Shown: piece after piece, positions 14,501 through 30,000 of the stretch
Position numbering within the stretch: position 1 is the first letter of the stretch
Layout: the number at the start of each line of letters is the position of its first letter
Source: Eledone cirrhosa
Lineage: Eukaryota
Assembly: GCA_964016885.1 (NCBI GenBank)
Contig: OZ024744.1
Coordinates: forward strand, 54,436,001-54,500,000
Direction of reading: 5' to 3'
Length of the DNA: 64,000 nucleotides
The notes under the pieces: generated by a model
Seen by the model: only the letters and a program-made list of their open reading frames with translations
Databases searched by the model: none
Told to the model about the DNA's origin: nothing
Made by a program: the position numbers and the translations under genes

Positions 14501-17500
14501 TGTTGACAGTTAAGTGTCTTGGTTATAGACACAGTAGAGTGAACTATACACACTGTGGTACCTACTTACAGCTAGGTGGACTGTTGACAGTGGACTATCT
14601 TGGTTATAGACACAGTAGTGAACTATACCACACTGTGGTACCTACTTACAGCTCGGCGGACTGTTGACAGTTAAGTGTCTTGGTTATAAACACAGTACAG
14701 TGAACTATACCACACTCTGGTACCTACTTAGAGCTGGGTAGACTGTTGACAGTTAAGTGTCTTGGTTATAGACACAGTAGAGTGAACTATACACACTGTG
14801 GTACCTACTTACAGCTAGGTGGACTGTTGACAGTGGAGTATCTTGGTTATAGACACTGTAGTGAACTATACCACACTGTGGTACCTACTTACAGCTAGGT
14901 GGACTGTTGACAGTTAAGTGTCTTGGTTATAAACACAGTACAGTGAACTATACCACACTGTGGTACCTACTTATAGCTAGGTGGACTGTTGACAGTTAAG
15001 TGTCTTGGTTATAGTGACAATACAGTCAAATATACCACGCTGTGGTACCTACTTACAGCTAGGTGGACTGGACTGTTGACAGTTAAGTCTCTTGGATATA
15101 GACACAGTACAGTGAACTATACCACACTGTGGTACCTACTTACAGCTAGGTGGAATGTTGACAGTTAAGTGTCTTGGTTATAGACACAGTACAGTGAACT
15201 ATACCACTCTCTGGTACCTACTTACAGCTAGGTGGACTGTTGACAGATAAGTGTCTTGGTTATAGACACAGTACAGTGAACTATACCACACACTGGTGTC
15301 TACTTACAGCTAGGAGGACTGTTGAGAGTTAAGTGTCTTGGTTATAGAGACAATACAGTGAACTATACCACACTGTGGTACCTACTGACAGCTAGGTGGA
15401 CTGGACTGTTGACAGTCAAGTCTTGGTTATAGACACAGTACAGTGAACTATACCACACTGTGGTACCTACTTACAACTAGGAGGTCTGTTGACAATTAAG
15501 TGTCTTGGTTATAGAAACAGTTGAGTGAACTATACCACACTGTGGTACCTACTTACAGCTAGGTGCACTGTTGACAGTTAAGTGTCTTGGTTATAGACAC
15601 AGTACAGTGAACTATATCACACTGTCGTACCTACTTACAACTAGGTGGACTGTTGACAGTTAAGTCTTGGTTATAGACACAGTACAGTGAACTATACCCC
15701 ACTGTGGTACCTACTTACAACTAGGTGGACTGTTGACAGTTAAGTGTCTTGGTTATAGACACAGTACAGTGAACTATACAACACTGTGGTACCTACTTAC
15801 AGCTAGGTGGACTGGACTGTTGACAGTTAAGTGTCTTGGTTATAGACACAGTACAGTGAATTATATCACACTGTGGTACCTACTTACAACTAGGTGGACT
15901 GTTGACAGTTAAGTCTTTGTTATAGACACAGTACAGTGAACTATATCACACTGTGGTACCTACTTACAACTAGGTGGACTGTTGACAGTTAAGTATCTTC
16001 GTTATCGACACAGTACAGTGAACTATACCACACTGTGGTACCTACTTAGAGCTGGGTAGATTGTTGATAGTTACGTGTCTTGGTTATAGCCAGAGTAGAG
16101 TTAACTATACCACACTGTGGTACCTTCTTACAGCTAGGTGGACTGTTGACAGTGGAGTATCTTGGTTATAGACACAGTACAGTGTTCTATAGCTCATTGT
16201 GTTACCTACTTACAGCTAGGTGGACTGTTGACAGTTAAGTGTCTTGGTTATAGAGAGAGTAGAGTGAACTAAACCACACTGTGGTACCTACTTACAACTA
16301 GGTGGACTATTGACAGTTAAGTATCTTCGTTATAGACACAGTACAGTGAACTATACCACACTGTGGTACCTACTTACAGCTAGGTGGACTGGACTGTTGA
16401 CAGTTGAGTCTCTTGGATATAGACACAGTACAGTGAAATATACCACACTGTGGTACTTACTTACAGCTAGGTGAACTGTTGACAGTTAAGTGTCTTGGTT
16501 ATAGACACAGTACAGTGTTCTATAGCTCATTGTGGTACCTACTTACAGCTAGGTGGACTGTTGACAGTTAAGTGTCTTGGCTATAGAGACAGTACAGTGA
16601 ACTATACCACACTGTGGTACCTACTTACAGCTAGGTGGACTGTTGACAGTTAAGTGTCTTAGTTATAGACACAGTAAAATTAACTATACCACAATGTGGT
16701 ACCTACTTAGTGCTGGGGAGACTGTTGACAGTTAAATGTCTTGGTTATAGACACAGCACTGTGAACTATACCACACTCTGGTGCCTACTTACAACTAGGT
16801 GGACTGTTGAGAGTTAAGTGTCTTGGTTATAGACACAGTACAGTGAACTATACCACACTCTGGTGCCTACTTACAGCTACGAGGACTGTTGACAGTTAAG
16901 TGTCTTGGTTATAGAGACAATACAGTGAACTATACCACACTGTGGTACCTACTGACAGCTAGGTGGACTGGACTGTTGACAGTTAAGTCTTGGTTATAGA
17001 CACAGTACAGTGAACTATACCACAATGTGGTACCTACTTACAACTAGGAGGACTGTTGACAATTAAGTGTCTTGGTTATAGACACAGTAGAGTGAACTAT
17101 ACCACACTGTGGTACCTACTTACAGCTAGGTGGACTGTTGACAGTTAAGTGTCTTCGTTATAGAGTCAGTACAGTGAACTATACCACACTGTGGTACCTA
17201 CTTACAGCTAGGTGGTCTGGACTGTTGACAGTTAAGTGTCTTGGTTATAGACACAGTACAGTGAATTATATCACACTGTGGTACCTACTTAGAGCTAGGA
17301 GGACTGTTGACAGTTCAGTGTCTTGGTTATAGACACAGTACAGTGAACTATACCACACTGTGGTACCTACTTAGAGCTAGGTGGACTGTTGACAGTTAAG
17401 TGTCTTGGTTATAGACACAGTACAGTGAACTATACCATACTGTGGTACCAACTTACAGCTAGGTCGACTGTTGAGAGTTAAGTGTCTTGGTTATAGACAC

Positions 17501-20500
17501 AGTACAGTGAACTATACCACACTGTGGTACCTACTTACAGCTAGGTGGACTGTTGACAGTTAAGTGTCTTGGTTATAGACACAGTACAGTGAACTATATC
17601 ACACTGTTGTACCTACTTACAACTAGGTGGACTGTTGACAGTTAAGTCTTGGTTATAGACACAGTACAGTGAACTATACCACACTGTGGTACCTACTTAC
17701 AGCTAGGTGGACTGTTGACAGTTAAGTGTCTTGGTTATAGACACAGTACAGTGAACTATACCATACTGTGGTACCAACTTACAGCTAAGTGGACTGTTGA
17801 CAGTTAAGTATCTTCGTTATAGACACAGTACAGTGAACTATACCACACTGTTATACCTACTTAGAGCTGGGTAGACTGTTGACAGTTAAGTGTCTTGGTT
17901 ATAGACACAGTAGAGTGAACTATACACACTGTGGTACCTACTTACAGCTAGGTGGACTGTTGACAGTGGAGTATCTTGGTTATAGACACAGTAGTGAACT
18001 ATACCACACTGTGGTACCTACTTACAGCTAGGTGGACTGTTGACAGTTAAGTGTCTTGGTTATAAACACAGTACAGTGAACTATACCACACTGTGGTACC
18101 TACTTAGAGCTGGGTAGACTGTTGACAGTTAAGTGTCTTGGTTATAGACAGAGTAGAGTGACTTATACACACTGTGGTACCTACTTACAGCTAGGTGGAC
18201 TGTTGACAGTGGAGTATATTGGTTATAGACACAGTAGTGAACTATACCACACTGTGGTACCTACTTACAGCTAGGTGGACTGTTGACAGTTAAGTGTCTT
18301 GGTTATAAACACAGTACAGTGAACTATACCACACTGTGGTACCTACTTACAGCTAGGTGGACTGTTGACAGTTAAGTGTCTTGGTTATAGAGATAGTACA
18401 GTGAACTATACTACACTGTGCTACCTACTTACAGCCAGGTGGACTGTTGACAGATAAGTGTCTTGGTTATAGACACAGTACAGTGAACTATACCACACAC
18501 TGGTGTCAAATATACCACGCTGTGGTACCTAATTACAGCTAGGTGGACTGGACTGTTGACAGTTAAGTCTCTTGGATATAGACACAGTACAGTGAACTAT
18601 ACCACACTGTGGTACCTACTTACAGCTAGGTGGAATGTTGACAGTTAAGTGTCTTGGTTATAGACACAGTACAGTGAACTATACCACTCTGTGGTACCTA
18701 CTTACAGCTAGGTGGACTGTTGACAGATAAGTGTCTTGGTTATAGACACAGTACAGTGAACTATACCACACACTGGTGTCTACTTACAGCTAGGAGGACT
18801 GTTGAGAGTTAAGTGTCTTGGTTATAGAGACAATACAGTGAACTATACCACACTGTGGTACCTACTGACAGCTAGGTGGACTGGACTGTTGACAGTCAAG
18901 TCTTGGTTATAGACACAGTACAGTGAACTATACCACACTGTGGTACCTACTTACAACTAGGAGGTCTGTTGACAATTAAGTGTCTTGGTTATAGAAACAG
19001 TTGAGTGAACTATACCACACTGTGGTACCTACTTACTGCTAGGTGGACTGTTGACAGTTAAGTGTCTTGGTTATAGACACAGTACAGTGAACTATATCAC
19101 ACTGTCGTACCTACTTACAACTAGGTGGACTGTTGACAGTTAAGTCTTGGTTATAGACACAGTACAGTGAACTATACCACACTGTGGTACCTACTTACAG
19201 CTAGGTGGAATGTTGACAGTTAAGTGTCTTGGTTATAGACACAGTACAGTGAACTATATCACACTGTCGTACCTACTTACAACTAGGTGGACTGTTGACA
19301 GTTAAGTCTTGGTTATAGACACAGTACAGTGAACTATACCACACTGTGGTACCTACTTACAGCCAGGTGGACTGTTGACAGTTAAGTGTCTTGGTTATAG
19401 ACACAGTACAGTGAACTATACCATACTGTGGTACCAACTTACAGCTAAGTGGACTGTTGACAGTTAAGTATCTTCGTTATAGACACAGTACAGTGAACTA
19501 TACCACACTGTGGTACCTACTTAGAGCTGGGTAGACTGTTGACAGTTAAGTGTCTTGGTTATAGACACAGTAGAGTGAACTATACACACTGTGGTACCTA
19601 CTTACAGCTAGGTGGACTGTTGACAGTGGACTATCTTGGTTATAGACACAGTAGTGAACTATACCACACTGTGGTACCTACTTACAGCTAGGTGGACTGT
19701 TGACAGTTAAGTGTCTTGGTTATAAACACAGTACAGTGAACTATACCACACTCTGGTACCTACTTAGAGCTGGGTAGACTGTTGACAGTTAAGTGTCTTG
19801 GTTATAGACACAGTAGAGTGAACTATACACACTGTGGTACCTACTTACAGCTAGGTGGACTGTTGACAGTGGAGTATCTTGGTTATAGACACTGTAGTGA
19901 ACTATACCACACTGTGGTACCTACTTACAGCTAGGTGGACTGTTGACAGTTAAGTGTCTTGGTTATAAACACAGTACAGTGAACTATACCACACTGTGGT
20001 ACCTACTTATAGCTAGGTGGACTGTTGACAGTTAAGTGTCTTGGTTATAGTGACAATACAGTCAAGTATACCACGCTGTGGTACCTACTTACAGCTAGGT
20101 GGACTGGACTCTTGACAGTTAAGTCTCTTGGATATAGACACAGTACAGTGAACTATACCACACTGTGGTACCTACTTACAGCTAGGTGGAATGTTGACAG
20201 TTAAGTGTCTTGGTTATAGACACAGTACAGTGAACTATACCACTCTCTGGTACCTACTTACAGCTAGGTGGATTGTTGACAGATAAGTGTCTTGGTTATA
20301 GACACAGTACAGTGAACTATACCACACACTGGTGTCTACTTACAGCTAGGAGGACTGTTGAGAGTTAAGTGTCTTGGTTATAGAGACAATACAGTGAACA
20401 ATACCACACTGTGGTACCTACTGACAGCTAGGTGGACTGGACTGTTGACAGTCAAGTCTTGGTTATAGACACAGTACAGTGAACTATACCACACTGTGGT

Positions 20501-20925
20501 ACCTACTTACAACTAGGAGGTCTGTTGACAATTAAGTGTCTTGGTTATAGAAACAGTTGAGTGAACTATACCACACTGTGGTACCTACTTACAGCTAGGT
20601 GCACTGTTGACAGTTAAGTGTCTTGGTTATAGACACAGTACAGTGAACTATATCACACTGTCGTACCTACTTACAACTAGGTGGACTGTTGACAGTTAAG
20701 TCTTGGTTATAGACACAGTACAGTGAACTATACCACACTGTGGTACCTACTTACAACTAGGTGGACTGTTGACAGTTAAGTGTCTTGGTTATAGACACAG
20801 TACAGTGAACTATACAACACTGTGGTACCTACTTACAGCTAGGTGGACTGGACTGTTGACAGTTAAGTGTCTTGGTTATAGACACAGTACAGTGAATTAT
20901 ATCACACTGTGGTACCTACTTACAG
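10693..20925. repeat. ~5.0-5.2 kb tandem duplication (copies ~10693-15866 and ~15867-20925)
   Basis: TCGAC 10831/16005 and AGCTACGAGG 11701/16875 give offset 5174. CCTAATTAC 13492/18528 and AGGTGCAC 15561/20597 give offset 5036. Confidence 0.9.
12650..15700. repeat. 19-monomer higher-order unit (period 1556 bp) containing a duplicated 243-bp trimer
   Basis: ACAATACAGTCAAA 13461/15017 and GAGGTC 13925/15481 give offset 1556. AGAGCTGGG 12931/13174 gives 243 (82+81+80). Further copies lie at ~17.6-20.7 kb and ~21.2-22.3 kb. Boundaries are approximate. Confidence 0.8.
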
Positions 20926-23900
20926 CTTGGAGGACTGTTGACAGTTAAATGTCTTGGTTATAGACACAGTACAGTGAACTATACAACACTGTGGTACCTA
21001 CTTACAGCTAGGTGGGCTGTTGACAGTTAAGTATCTTCGTTTTAGACACAGTACAGTGAACTATACCACACTGTGGTACCTACTTAGAGCTGGGTACACT
21101 GTTGACAGTGGAGTATCTTGGTTATAGACACAGTAGTGAACTATACCACACTGTGGTACCTACTTACAACTAGGTGGACTGTTGACAGTTAAGTCTTGGT
21201 TATAGACACAGTACAGTGAACTATACCACACTGTGGTACCTACTTACAGCCAGGTGGACTGTTGACAGTTAAGTGTCTTGGTTATAGACACAGTACATTG
21301 AACTATACCATACTGTGGTACCAACTTACAGCTAAGTGGACTGTTGACAGTTAAGTATCTTCGTTATAGACACAGTACAGTGAACTATACCACACTGTGG
21401 TACCTACTTAGAGCTGGGTAGACTGTTGACAGTTAAGTGTCTTGGTTATAGACACAGTAGAGTGAACTATACACACTGTGGTACCTACTTACAGCTAGGT
21501 GGACTGTTGACAGTGGAGTATCTTGGTTATAGACACAGTAGTGAACTATACCACACTGTGGTACCTACTTACAGCTAGGTGGACTGTTGACAGTTAAGTG
21601 TCTTGGTTATAAACACAGTACAGTGAACTATACCACACTGTGGTACCTACTTAGAGCTGGGTAGACTGTTGACAGTTAAGTGTCTTGGTTATAGACACAG
21701 TAGAGTGAACTATACACACTGTGGTACCTACTTACAGCTTGGTGGACTGTTGACAGTGGAGTATCTTGGTTATAGACACAGTAGTGAACTATACCACACT
21801 GTGGTACCTACTTACAGCTAGGTGGACTGTTGACAGTTAAGTGTCTTGGTTATAAACACAGTACAGTGAACTATACCACACTGTGGTACCTACTTACAGC
21901 TAGGTGGACTGTTGACAGTTAAGTGTCTTGGTTATAGAGACAATACAGTCAAATATACCACGCTGTGGTACCTACTTACAGCTAGGTGGACTGGACTGTT
22001 GACAGTTAAGTCTCTTGGATATAGACACAGTACAGTGAACTATACCACACACTGGTGTCTACTTACAGCTAGGAGGACTGTTGAGAGTTAAGTGTCTTGG
22101 TTATAGAGACAATACAGTGAACTATACCACACTGTGGTACCTACTGACAGCTAGGTGGACTGGACTGTTGACAGTCAAGTCTTGGTTATAGACACAGTAA
22201 AGTGAACTATACCACACTGTGGTACCTACTTACAACTAGGAGGTCTGTTGACAATTAAGTGTCTTGGTTATAGAAACAGTTGAGTGAACTATACCACACT
22301 GCGGTACCTACTTACAGCTAGTTGGACTGTTGACAGTTAAGTGTCTTCGTTATAGAGACAGTACAGTGAACTATACCACACTGTGGTACCTACTTACAGC
22401 TAGGTGGACTGGACTGTTGACAGTTAAGTGTCTTGGTTATAGACACAGTACAGTGAATTATACCACACTGTGGTACCTACTTGCAGCTAGGTGGAATGTT
22501 GATAGTTAAGTGTCTTGGTTATAGACACAGTACAGTGAACTATACCACACTGTGGTACCTACTTACAACTAGGTGGACTGTTGACAGTTAAGTGTCTTGG
22601 TTATAGACACAGTACAGTGAACTATACAACACTGTGGTACCTACTTACAGCTAGGTGGACTGGACTGTTGACAGTTAAGTGTCTTGGTTATAGACACAGT
22701 ACAGTGAATTATATCACACTGTGGTACCTACTTACAGCTTGGAGAACTGTTGACAGTTAAGTGTCTTGGTTATAGACACAGTACAGTGAACTATACCACA
22801 CTGTGGTACCTACTTACAGCTAGGTGGACTGTTGACAGTTAAGTGTCTTGGTTATAGACACAGTACAGTGAACTATACCACACTGTCTTACCTACTTACA
22901 GCTAGGTGGACTATTGACAGTTAAGTGTCTTAGTTATAGACACAGTACAGTGAACTATATCACACTGTGGTACCTACTTACAACTAGGCGGACCGTTGAC
23001 AGTTAAGTCTTGGTTATAGACACAGTACAGTGAACTATACAACACTGTGGTACCTACTTACAGCTAGGTGGGCTGTTGACAGTTAAGTATCTTCGTTATA
23101 GACACAGTACAGTGAACTATACCACACTGTGGTACCTACTTAGAGCTGGGTAGACTGTTGACAGTGGAGTATCTTGGTTATAGACACAGTAGTGAACTAT
23201 ACCACACTGTGGTACCTACTTACAGCTAGGTGGACTGTTGACAGTTAAGTCTCTTGGTTATAGACATAGTACTGTGAACTATACGACGCTGTGGTACCTA
23301 CTTACAGCTAGGTGGACTGTTGACAGTTAAGTGTCTTGGTTATAAAGACAATACAGTGAACTATACCACACTGTGGTACCTACTTACAGCTAGGTGGACA
23401 GGACTGTTGACAGTTAAGTCTCTTAGATATAGACACAGTACAGTGAACTATACCACACTGTGGTACCTACTTACAGCTAGGTGAACTGTTGACAGTTAAG
23501 TGTCTTCGTTATAGACACAGTACAGTGTTCTATAGCTCATTGTGGTACCTACTTACAGCTAGGTGGACTGTTGACAGTTAAGTGTCTTGGTTATAGAGAC
23601 AGTAGAGTGAACTAAACCACACTCTGGTACCTACTTACATCTAGGAGGACTGTTGACAGTTAAGTGTCTTGGTTATAGACACAGTACAGTGAACTATACA
23701 ACACTGTGGTACCTACTTACAGCTAGGTGAAATGTTGACAATTAAGTGTCTTGTTTATAGAGATAGTACAGTGAACTATACTACACTGTGCTACCTACTT
23801 ACAGCCAGGTGGGCTGGACTGTTGACAGTTAAATGTTGGTTATAGACACAGCACAGTGAACTATATCACACTGTGGTACCTACTTACAGCTAGGTGGACT

Positions 23901-24039
23901 GGACTGTTGACAGTTAAGTCTTGGTTATAGACACAGTATAGTGAACCATACCACACTGTGGAACCTACTTACAGCTATGTGGACTGTTGACAGTTAAGTG
24001 TCTTAGTTATAGACACAGTACAATGAACTATACCACAAT

Positions 24040-27000
24040 GTGGTACCTACTTAGAGCTGGGTAGACTGTTGACAGTTAAGATTGTTGGTTATAGACACAG
24101 TACAGTGAACTATACCACACTCTGGTGCCTACTTACAACTAGGTGGACTGTTGATAGTTAAGTGTCTTGGTTATAGACACAGTACAGTGAACTATACTAC
24201 ACCGTGGTACCTACTTACAGCTAGGTGGACTGTTGACAGTTAAGTGTCTTGGTTATAGACACAGTACAGTGAACTATACCACACTGTGGTACCTACTTAC
24301 AGCTAGGAGGACTGTTGACAGTTAAGTGTCTTGGCTATAGAGACAATAGAGTGAACTATACCACACTGTGGTACCTACTGACAGCTAGGTGGACTGGACT
24401 GTTGACAGTGGAGTATCTTGGTTATAGACATAGTACAGTGAACTATACCACACTGTGGTACCTACTTACAACTAGGTGAACTGTTGATAGTTAAGTGTCT
24501 TGGTTATAGACAGAGTACAGTGAATTATACTACACTGTGGTACCTACTTACAGCCTGGTGGACTGGACTGTTGACAGTTAAATGTCTTGGTTATAGACAC
24601 AGCACAGTGAACTATACCACACTGTGGTACCTACTTACAGCTAGGTGGACTGGACTGTTGACAGATAAGTCTGGTTATAGATACAGTATAGTGAACTATA
24701 CCACACTGTGGTACCTACTTACAGCTGGGTAGACTGTTGACAGTTAAGTGTCTTGACTATAGACACAGTACAGTGAACTATACAACACTCTGGTGCCTAC
24801 TTACAACTAGGTGGACTGTTCACAGTGGAGTGTCTTGGTTATAGAGACAGTACAGTGAACTATACTACACTGTGGTACCTACTTACAGCTAGGTGGACTG
24901 TTGACAGTTAAGTGACTTGGTTATAGACACAGTAAAGTGAACTATACCACTCTGTGGTACCTACTTACAGCTAGGTGGACTGTTGACACATAAGTGTCTT
25001 GGTTATAGACACAGTACAGTGTACTATACCACACACTGGTGTCTACTTACAGCTAGGAGGACTGTTGAGAGTTAAGTGTCTTGGTTATAGAGACAATACA
25101 GTGAACTATACCACACTGTGGTACCTACTGACAGCTAGGTGGACTGGACTGTTGACAGTCAAGTCTTGGTTATAGACACAGTACAGTGAACTATACCACA
25201 CTGTGTTACCTACTTACAGCTAGGTGGACTGTTGACAGTGGAGTATCTTGGTTATAGACACAGTAGTAACTATACCACACTGTGGTACCTACTTACAGCT
25301 AGGTGGATTGTTGACAGTTAATTGTCTTGGTTATAGAGACAATACAGTGAATTATACCACGCTGTGGTACCTACTTACAGCTAGGTGGACTGGACTGTTG
25401 ACAGTTAAGTCTCTTGGATAGAGACACAGTACAGTGAACTATACCACACTGTGGTACCTACTTACAGCTAGGTGGACTGGACTGTTGACAGTTAAGTCTG
25501 GTTATAGACACAGTATAGTGAACTATACCACACTGTGGTACCTACTTACAGCTAGGTGGACTGTTGACAGATAAGTGTCTTGGTTATAGACACAGTAGAG
25601 TGAACTAAACCACACTGTGGTACCTACTTACAGCTAGGTGGACTGTTGACAATTAAGTGTCTTGGTTATAGAGATAGTACAGTGAACTATACTACACTGT
25701 ACTACCTACTTACAGCCTGGTGGGCTGGACTGTTGACAGTTAAGTGTCTTGGTTATAGACACAGTACAGTGAACTATACCACACTGTGGTACCTACTTAC
25801 AGCTAGGTGAACTGTTGACAGTTAAGTGTCTTGGTTATAGACACAGTACAGTGAACTATACCACACTGTGGTACCTACTTACAGCTAGGTGAACTGTTGA
25901 CAGTTAAGTGTCTTGGTTATAGACACAGTACAGTGAACTATACCACACTGTGGTACCTACTTACAGCTAGGTGGACTGTTGACAGTTAAGTGTCTTGGTT
26001 ATAGACACAGTACAGTGAACTATACCACACTGTGTTACCTACTTACAGCTAGGTGGGCTGTTGACAGTTAAGTGTCTTGGCTATAGACACGGTACAGTGA
26101 ACTATACCACACTGTGGTATCTACTTACAGCTAGGTGGACTGTTGACAATTAAATGTTGGTTATAGACACAGCACAGTGAACTATACGACACTGTGGTAC
26201 CTACTTACAGCTAGGTGGACTGGACTGTTGACAGTTAAGTCTGGTTATAGACACAGTATAGTGAACTATACCACAATGTGTTACCTACTTTGAGCTGGGT
26301 AGAGTGTTGACAGTTAAGTGTCTTGGCTATAGACACAGTACAGTGAACTATACAACACTCTGGTGCCTACTTACAACTAGGTGGACTGTTCACAGTGGAG
26401 TGTCTTGGTTATAGAGACAGTACTGTGAACTATACTACACTGTGGTACCTACTTACAGCTAGGAGGACTGTTGACAGTTAAGTGTCTTGGTTATAGGCAC
26501 AGTACAGTGTACTATACCACACTGTGGTACCTACTTACAGCTAGGTGGACTGTTGACAGTTAAGTGTCTTGGTTATAGACACAGTACAGTGAACTATACC
26601 ACACACTGGTGTCTACTTACAGCTAGGAGGACTGTTGAGAGTTAAGTGTCTTGGTTATAGAGACAATACAGTGAACTATACCACACTGTGTTACCTACTG
26701 ACAGCTAGGTGGACTGGACTGTTGACAGTCAAGTCTTGGTTATAGACACAGTACAGTGAACTATACCACACTGTGGTACCTACTTACAACTAGGAGGACT
26801 GTTGACAGTTAAGTGCCTTGGTTATAGAAACAGCTGAGTGAACTATACCACACTGTGGTACCTACTTACAGCTAGGTGGACTGTTGACAGTTAAGTGTCT
26901 TGGTTATAGACACAGTACAGTGAACTATACCACACTGTGGTACCTATTTACAGCTAGGTGGACTATTGACAGTTAAGTGTCTTAGTTATAGACACAGTAC

Positions 27001-30000
27001 AGTGAACTATATCACACTGTGGTACCTACTTACAACTAGGCGGACTGTTGACAGTTAAGTCTTGGTTATAGACACAGTACAGTGAACTATACAACACTGT
27101 GGTACCTACTTACAGCTAGGTGGGCTGTTGACAGATAAGTGTCTTGGTTATAGACACAGTAGAGTGAACTAAACCACACTGTGGTACCTACTTACAGCTA
27201 GGTGGACTGTTGACAATTAAGTGTCTTGGTTATAGAGATAGTACAGTGAACTATACTACACTGTACTACCTACTTACAGCCTGGTGGGCTGGACTGTTGA
27301 CAGTTAAATGTTGGTTATAGACACAGCACAGTGAACTATACCACACTGTGGTACCTACTTACAGCTAGGTGGACTGGACTGTTGACAGTTAAGTCTGGTT
27401 ATAGACACAGTATAGTTAACTATACCACAATGTGGTACCTACTTAGAGCTGGGTAGACTGTTGACAGTTAAGTGTCTTGACTATAGACACAGTACAGTGA
27501 ACTATACAACACTCTGGTGCCTACTTACAACTAGGTGGACTGTTCACAGTGGAGTGTCTTGGTTATAGAGACAGTACAGTGAACTATACTACACTGTGGT
27601 ACCTACTTACAGCTAGGAGGACTGTTGACAGTTAAGTGTCTTGGTTATAGACACAGTACAGTGAACTATACCACACTGTGGTACCTACTTACAGCTAGGT
27701 GGACTGTTGACAGTTAAGTGTCTTGGTTATAGACACAGTACAGTGAACTATACCACTCTGTGGTACCTACTTACAGGTAGGTGGACTGTTGACAGATAAG
27801 TGTCTTGGTTATAGACACAGTACAGTGTACTATACCACACACTGGTGTCTACTTACAGCTATGAGGACTGTTGAGAGTTAAGTGTCTTGGTTATAGAGAC
27901 AATACAGTGAACTATACCACACTGTGGTACCTACTGACAGCTAGGTGGACTGGACTGTTGACGGTCAAGTCTTGGTTATAGACACTGTACAGTGAACTAT
28001 ACCACACTGTGTTACCTACTTACAGCTAGGTGGACTGTTGACAGTGGAGTATCTTGGTTATAGACACAGTAGTAACTATACCACACTGTGGTACCTACTT
28101 ACAGCTAGGTGGATTGTTGACAGTTAAGTGTCTTGGTTATAGACACAGTACAGTGAACTATACCACACTGTGGTACATACTTACAGCCTGGTGGGCTGGA
28201 CTGTTGACAGTTAAGTGTCTTGGTTATAGACACAGTACAGTGAACTATACCACACTGTGGTACCTACTTACAGCTTGGTGGACTGTTGACAGTTAAGTGT
28301 CTTGGTTATAGACACAGTACAGTGAACTATACCACACTGTGGTATCTACTTACAGCTAGGTTGTCTGTTGACAGTTAAATGTTGGTTATAGACACAGCAC
28401 AGTGAACTATACCACACTGTGGTACCTACTTACAGCTAGGTGGACTGTTGACAGTGGAGTATCTTGGTTATAGACACAGTAGTAACCTATACCACACTGT
28501 GGTACCTACTTACAGCTAGGTGGATTGTTGACAGTTAAGTGTCTTGGTTATAGAGACAATACAGTGAATTATACCACGCTGTGGTACCTACTTACAGCTA
28601 GGTGGACTGGACTGTTGACAGTTAAGTCTCTTGGATATAGACACAGTACAGTGAACTATACCACACTGTGGTATCTACTTACAGCTAGGTTGTCTGTTGA
28701 CAGTTAAATGTTGGTTATAGACACAGCACAGTGAACTATACCACACTGTGGTACCTACTTACAGCTAGGTGGACTGTTGACAGTGGAGTATCTTGGTTAT
28801 AGACACAGTAGTAACCTATACCACACTGTGGTACCTACTTACAGCTAGGTGGATTGTTGACAGTTAAGTGTCTTGGTTATAGAGACAATACAGTGAATTA
28901 TACCACGCTGTGGTACCTACTTACAGCTAGGTGGGCTGGACTGTTGACAGTTAAGTCTGGTTGTAGACACAGTATAGTGAACTATACCACACTGTGGTAC
29001 CTACTTACAGCTAGGTGGACTGGACTGTTGACAGTTAAGTCTCTTGGATATAGACACAGTACAGTGAACTATACCACACTGTGGTACCTACTTACAGCTA
29101 GGTGAACAGTTGACAGTTAAGTGTCTTGGTTATAGACACAGTACAGTGTTCTATAGCTCATTGTGGTACCTACTTACAGCTAGGTGGACTGTTGATAGTT
29201 AAGTGTCTTGGTTATAGACACAGTACAGTGAATTATTTCACACTGTGGTACTTACTTACAGCTAGGAGGACTGTTGACAGTTAAGTGTCTTGGTTATAGA
29301 CACAGTACAGTGAACTATACCACACTGTGGTACCTACTTACAGCCAGGTGGACTGTTGACAGTTAAGTGTCTTGGTTATAGACACTGTACAGTGAACTAT
29401 ACCACACTGTGGTACCTACTTACAGCTAGGTAGACTGTTGACAGTTAAGTGTCTTCGTTATAGACACAGTACAATGAACTATACCACACTGTGATACCTA
29501 CTTAGAGCTGGGTAGACTGTTGACAGTGAAGTGTCTTGGTTATAGACACAGTAGAGTGAACTATACCACACTGTGGAACCTACTTACAACTAGGTGGACT
29601 GTTGACAGTTAAGTGTCTTGGTTATAGACACAGTACAGTGAACTATACCACACTGTGGTAACTACTTAGAGCTGGGTAGACTGTTGACAGTTAAGTGTCT
29701 TGGTTATAGACACAGTAGCGTGAACTATACCACACTGTGGTACCTACTTACAGCTAGGTGGACTGGACTGTTGACAGTTAAGTCTCTTGGATATAGACAC
29801 AGTACAGTGAAATATACCACACTGTGGTATCTACTTACAGCTAGGTGGACTGGACTGTTGACAGTTAAGTCTGGTTATAGACACAGTATAGTGAACTATA
29901 CCACACTGTGGAACCTACTTACAGCTAGGTGGACAGTTGACAGTTAAGTGTCTTAGTTATAGACACAGTACAATGAACTATACCACAATGTGGTACCTAC

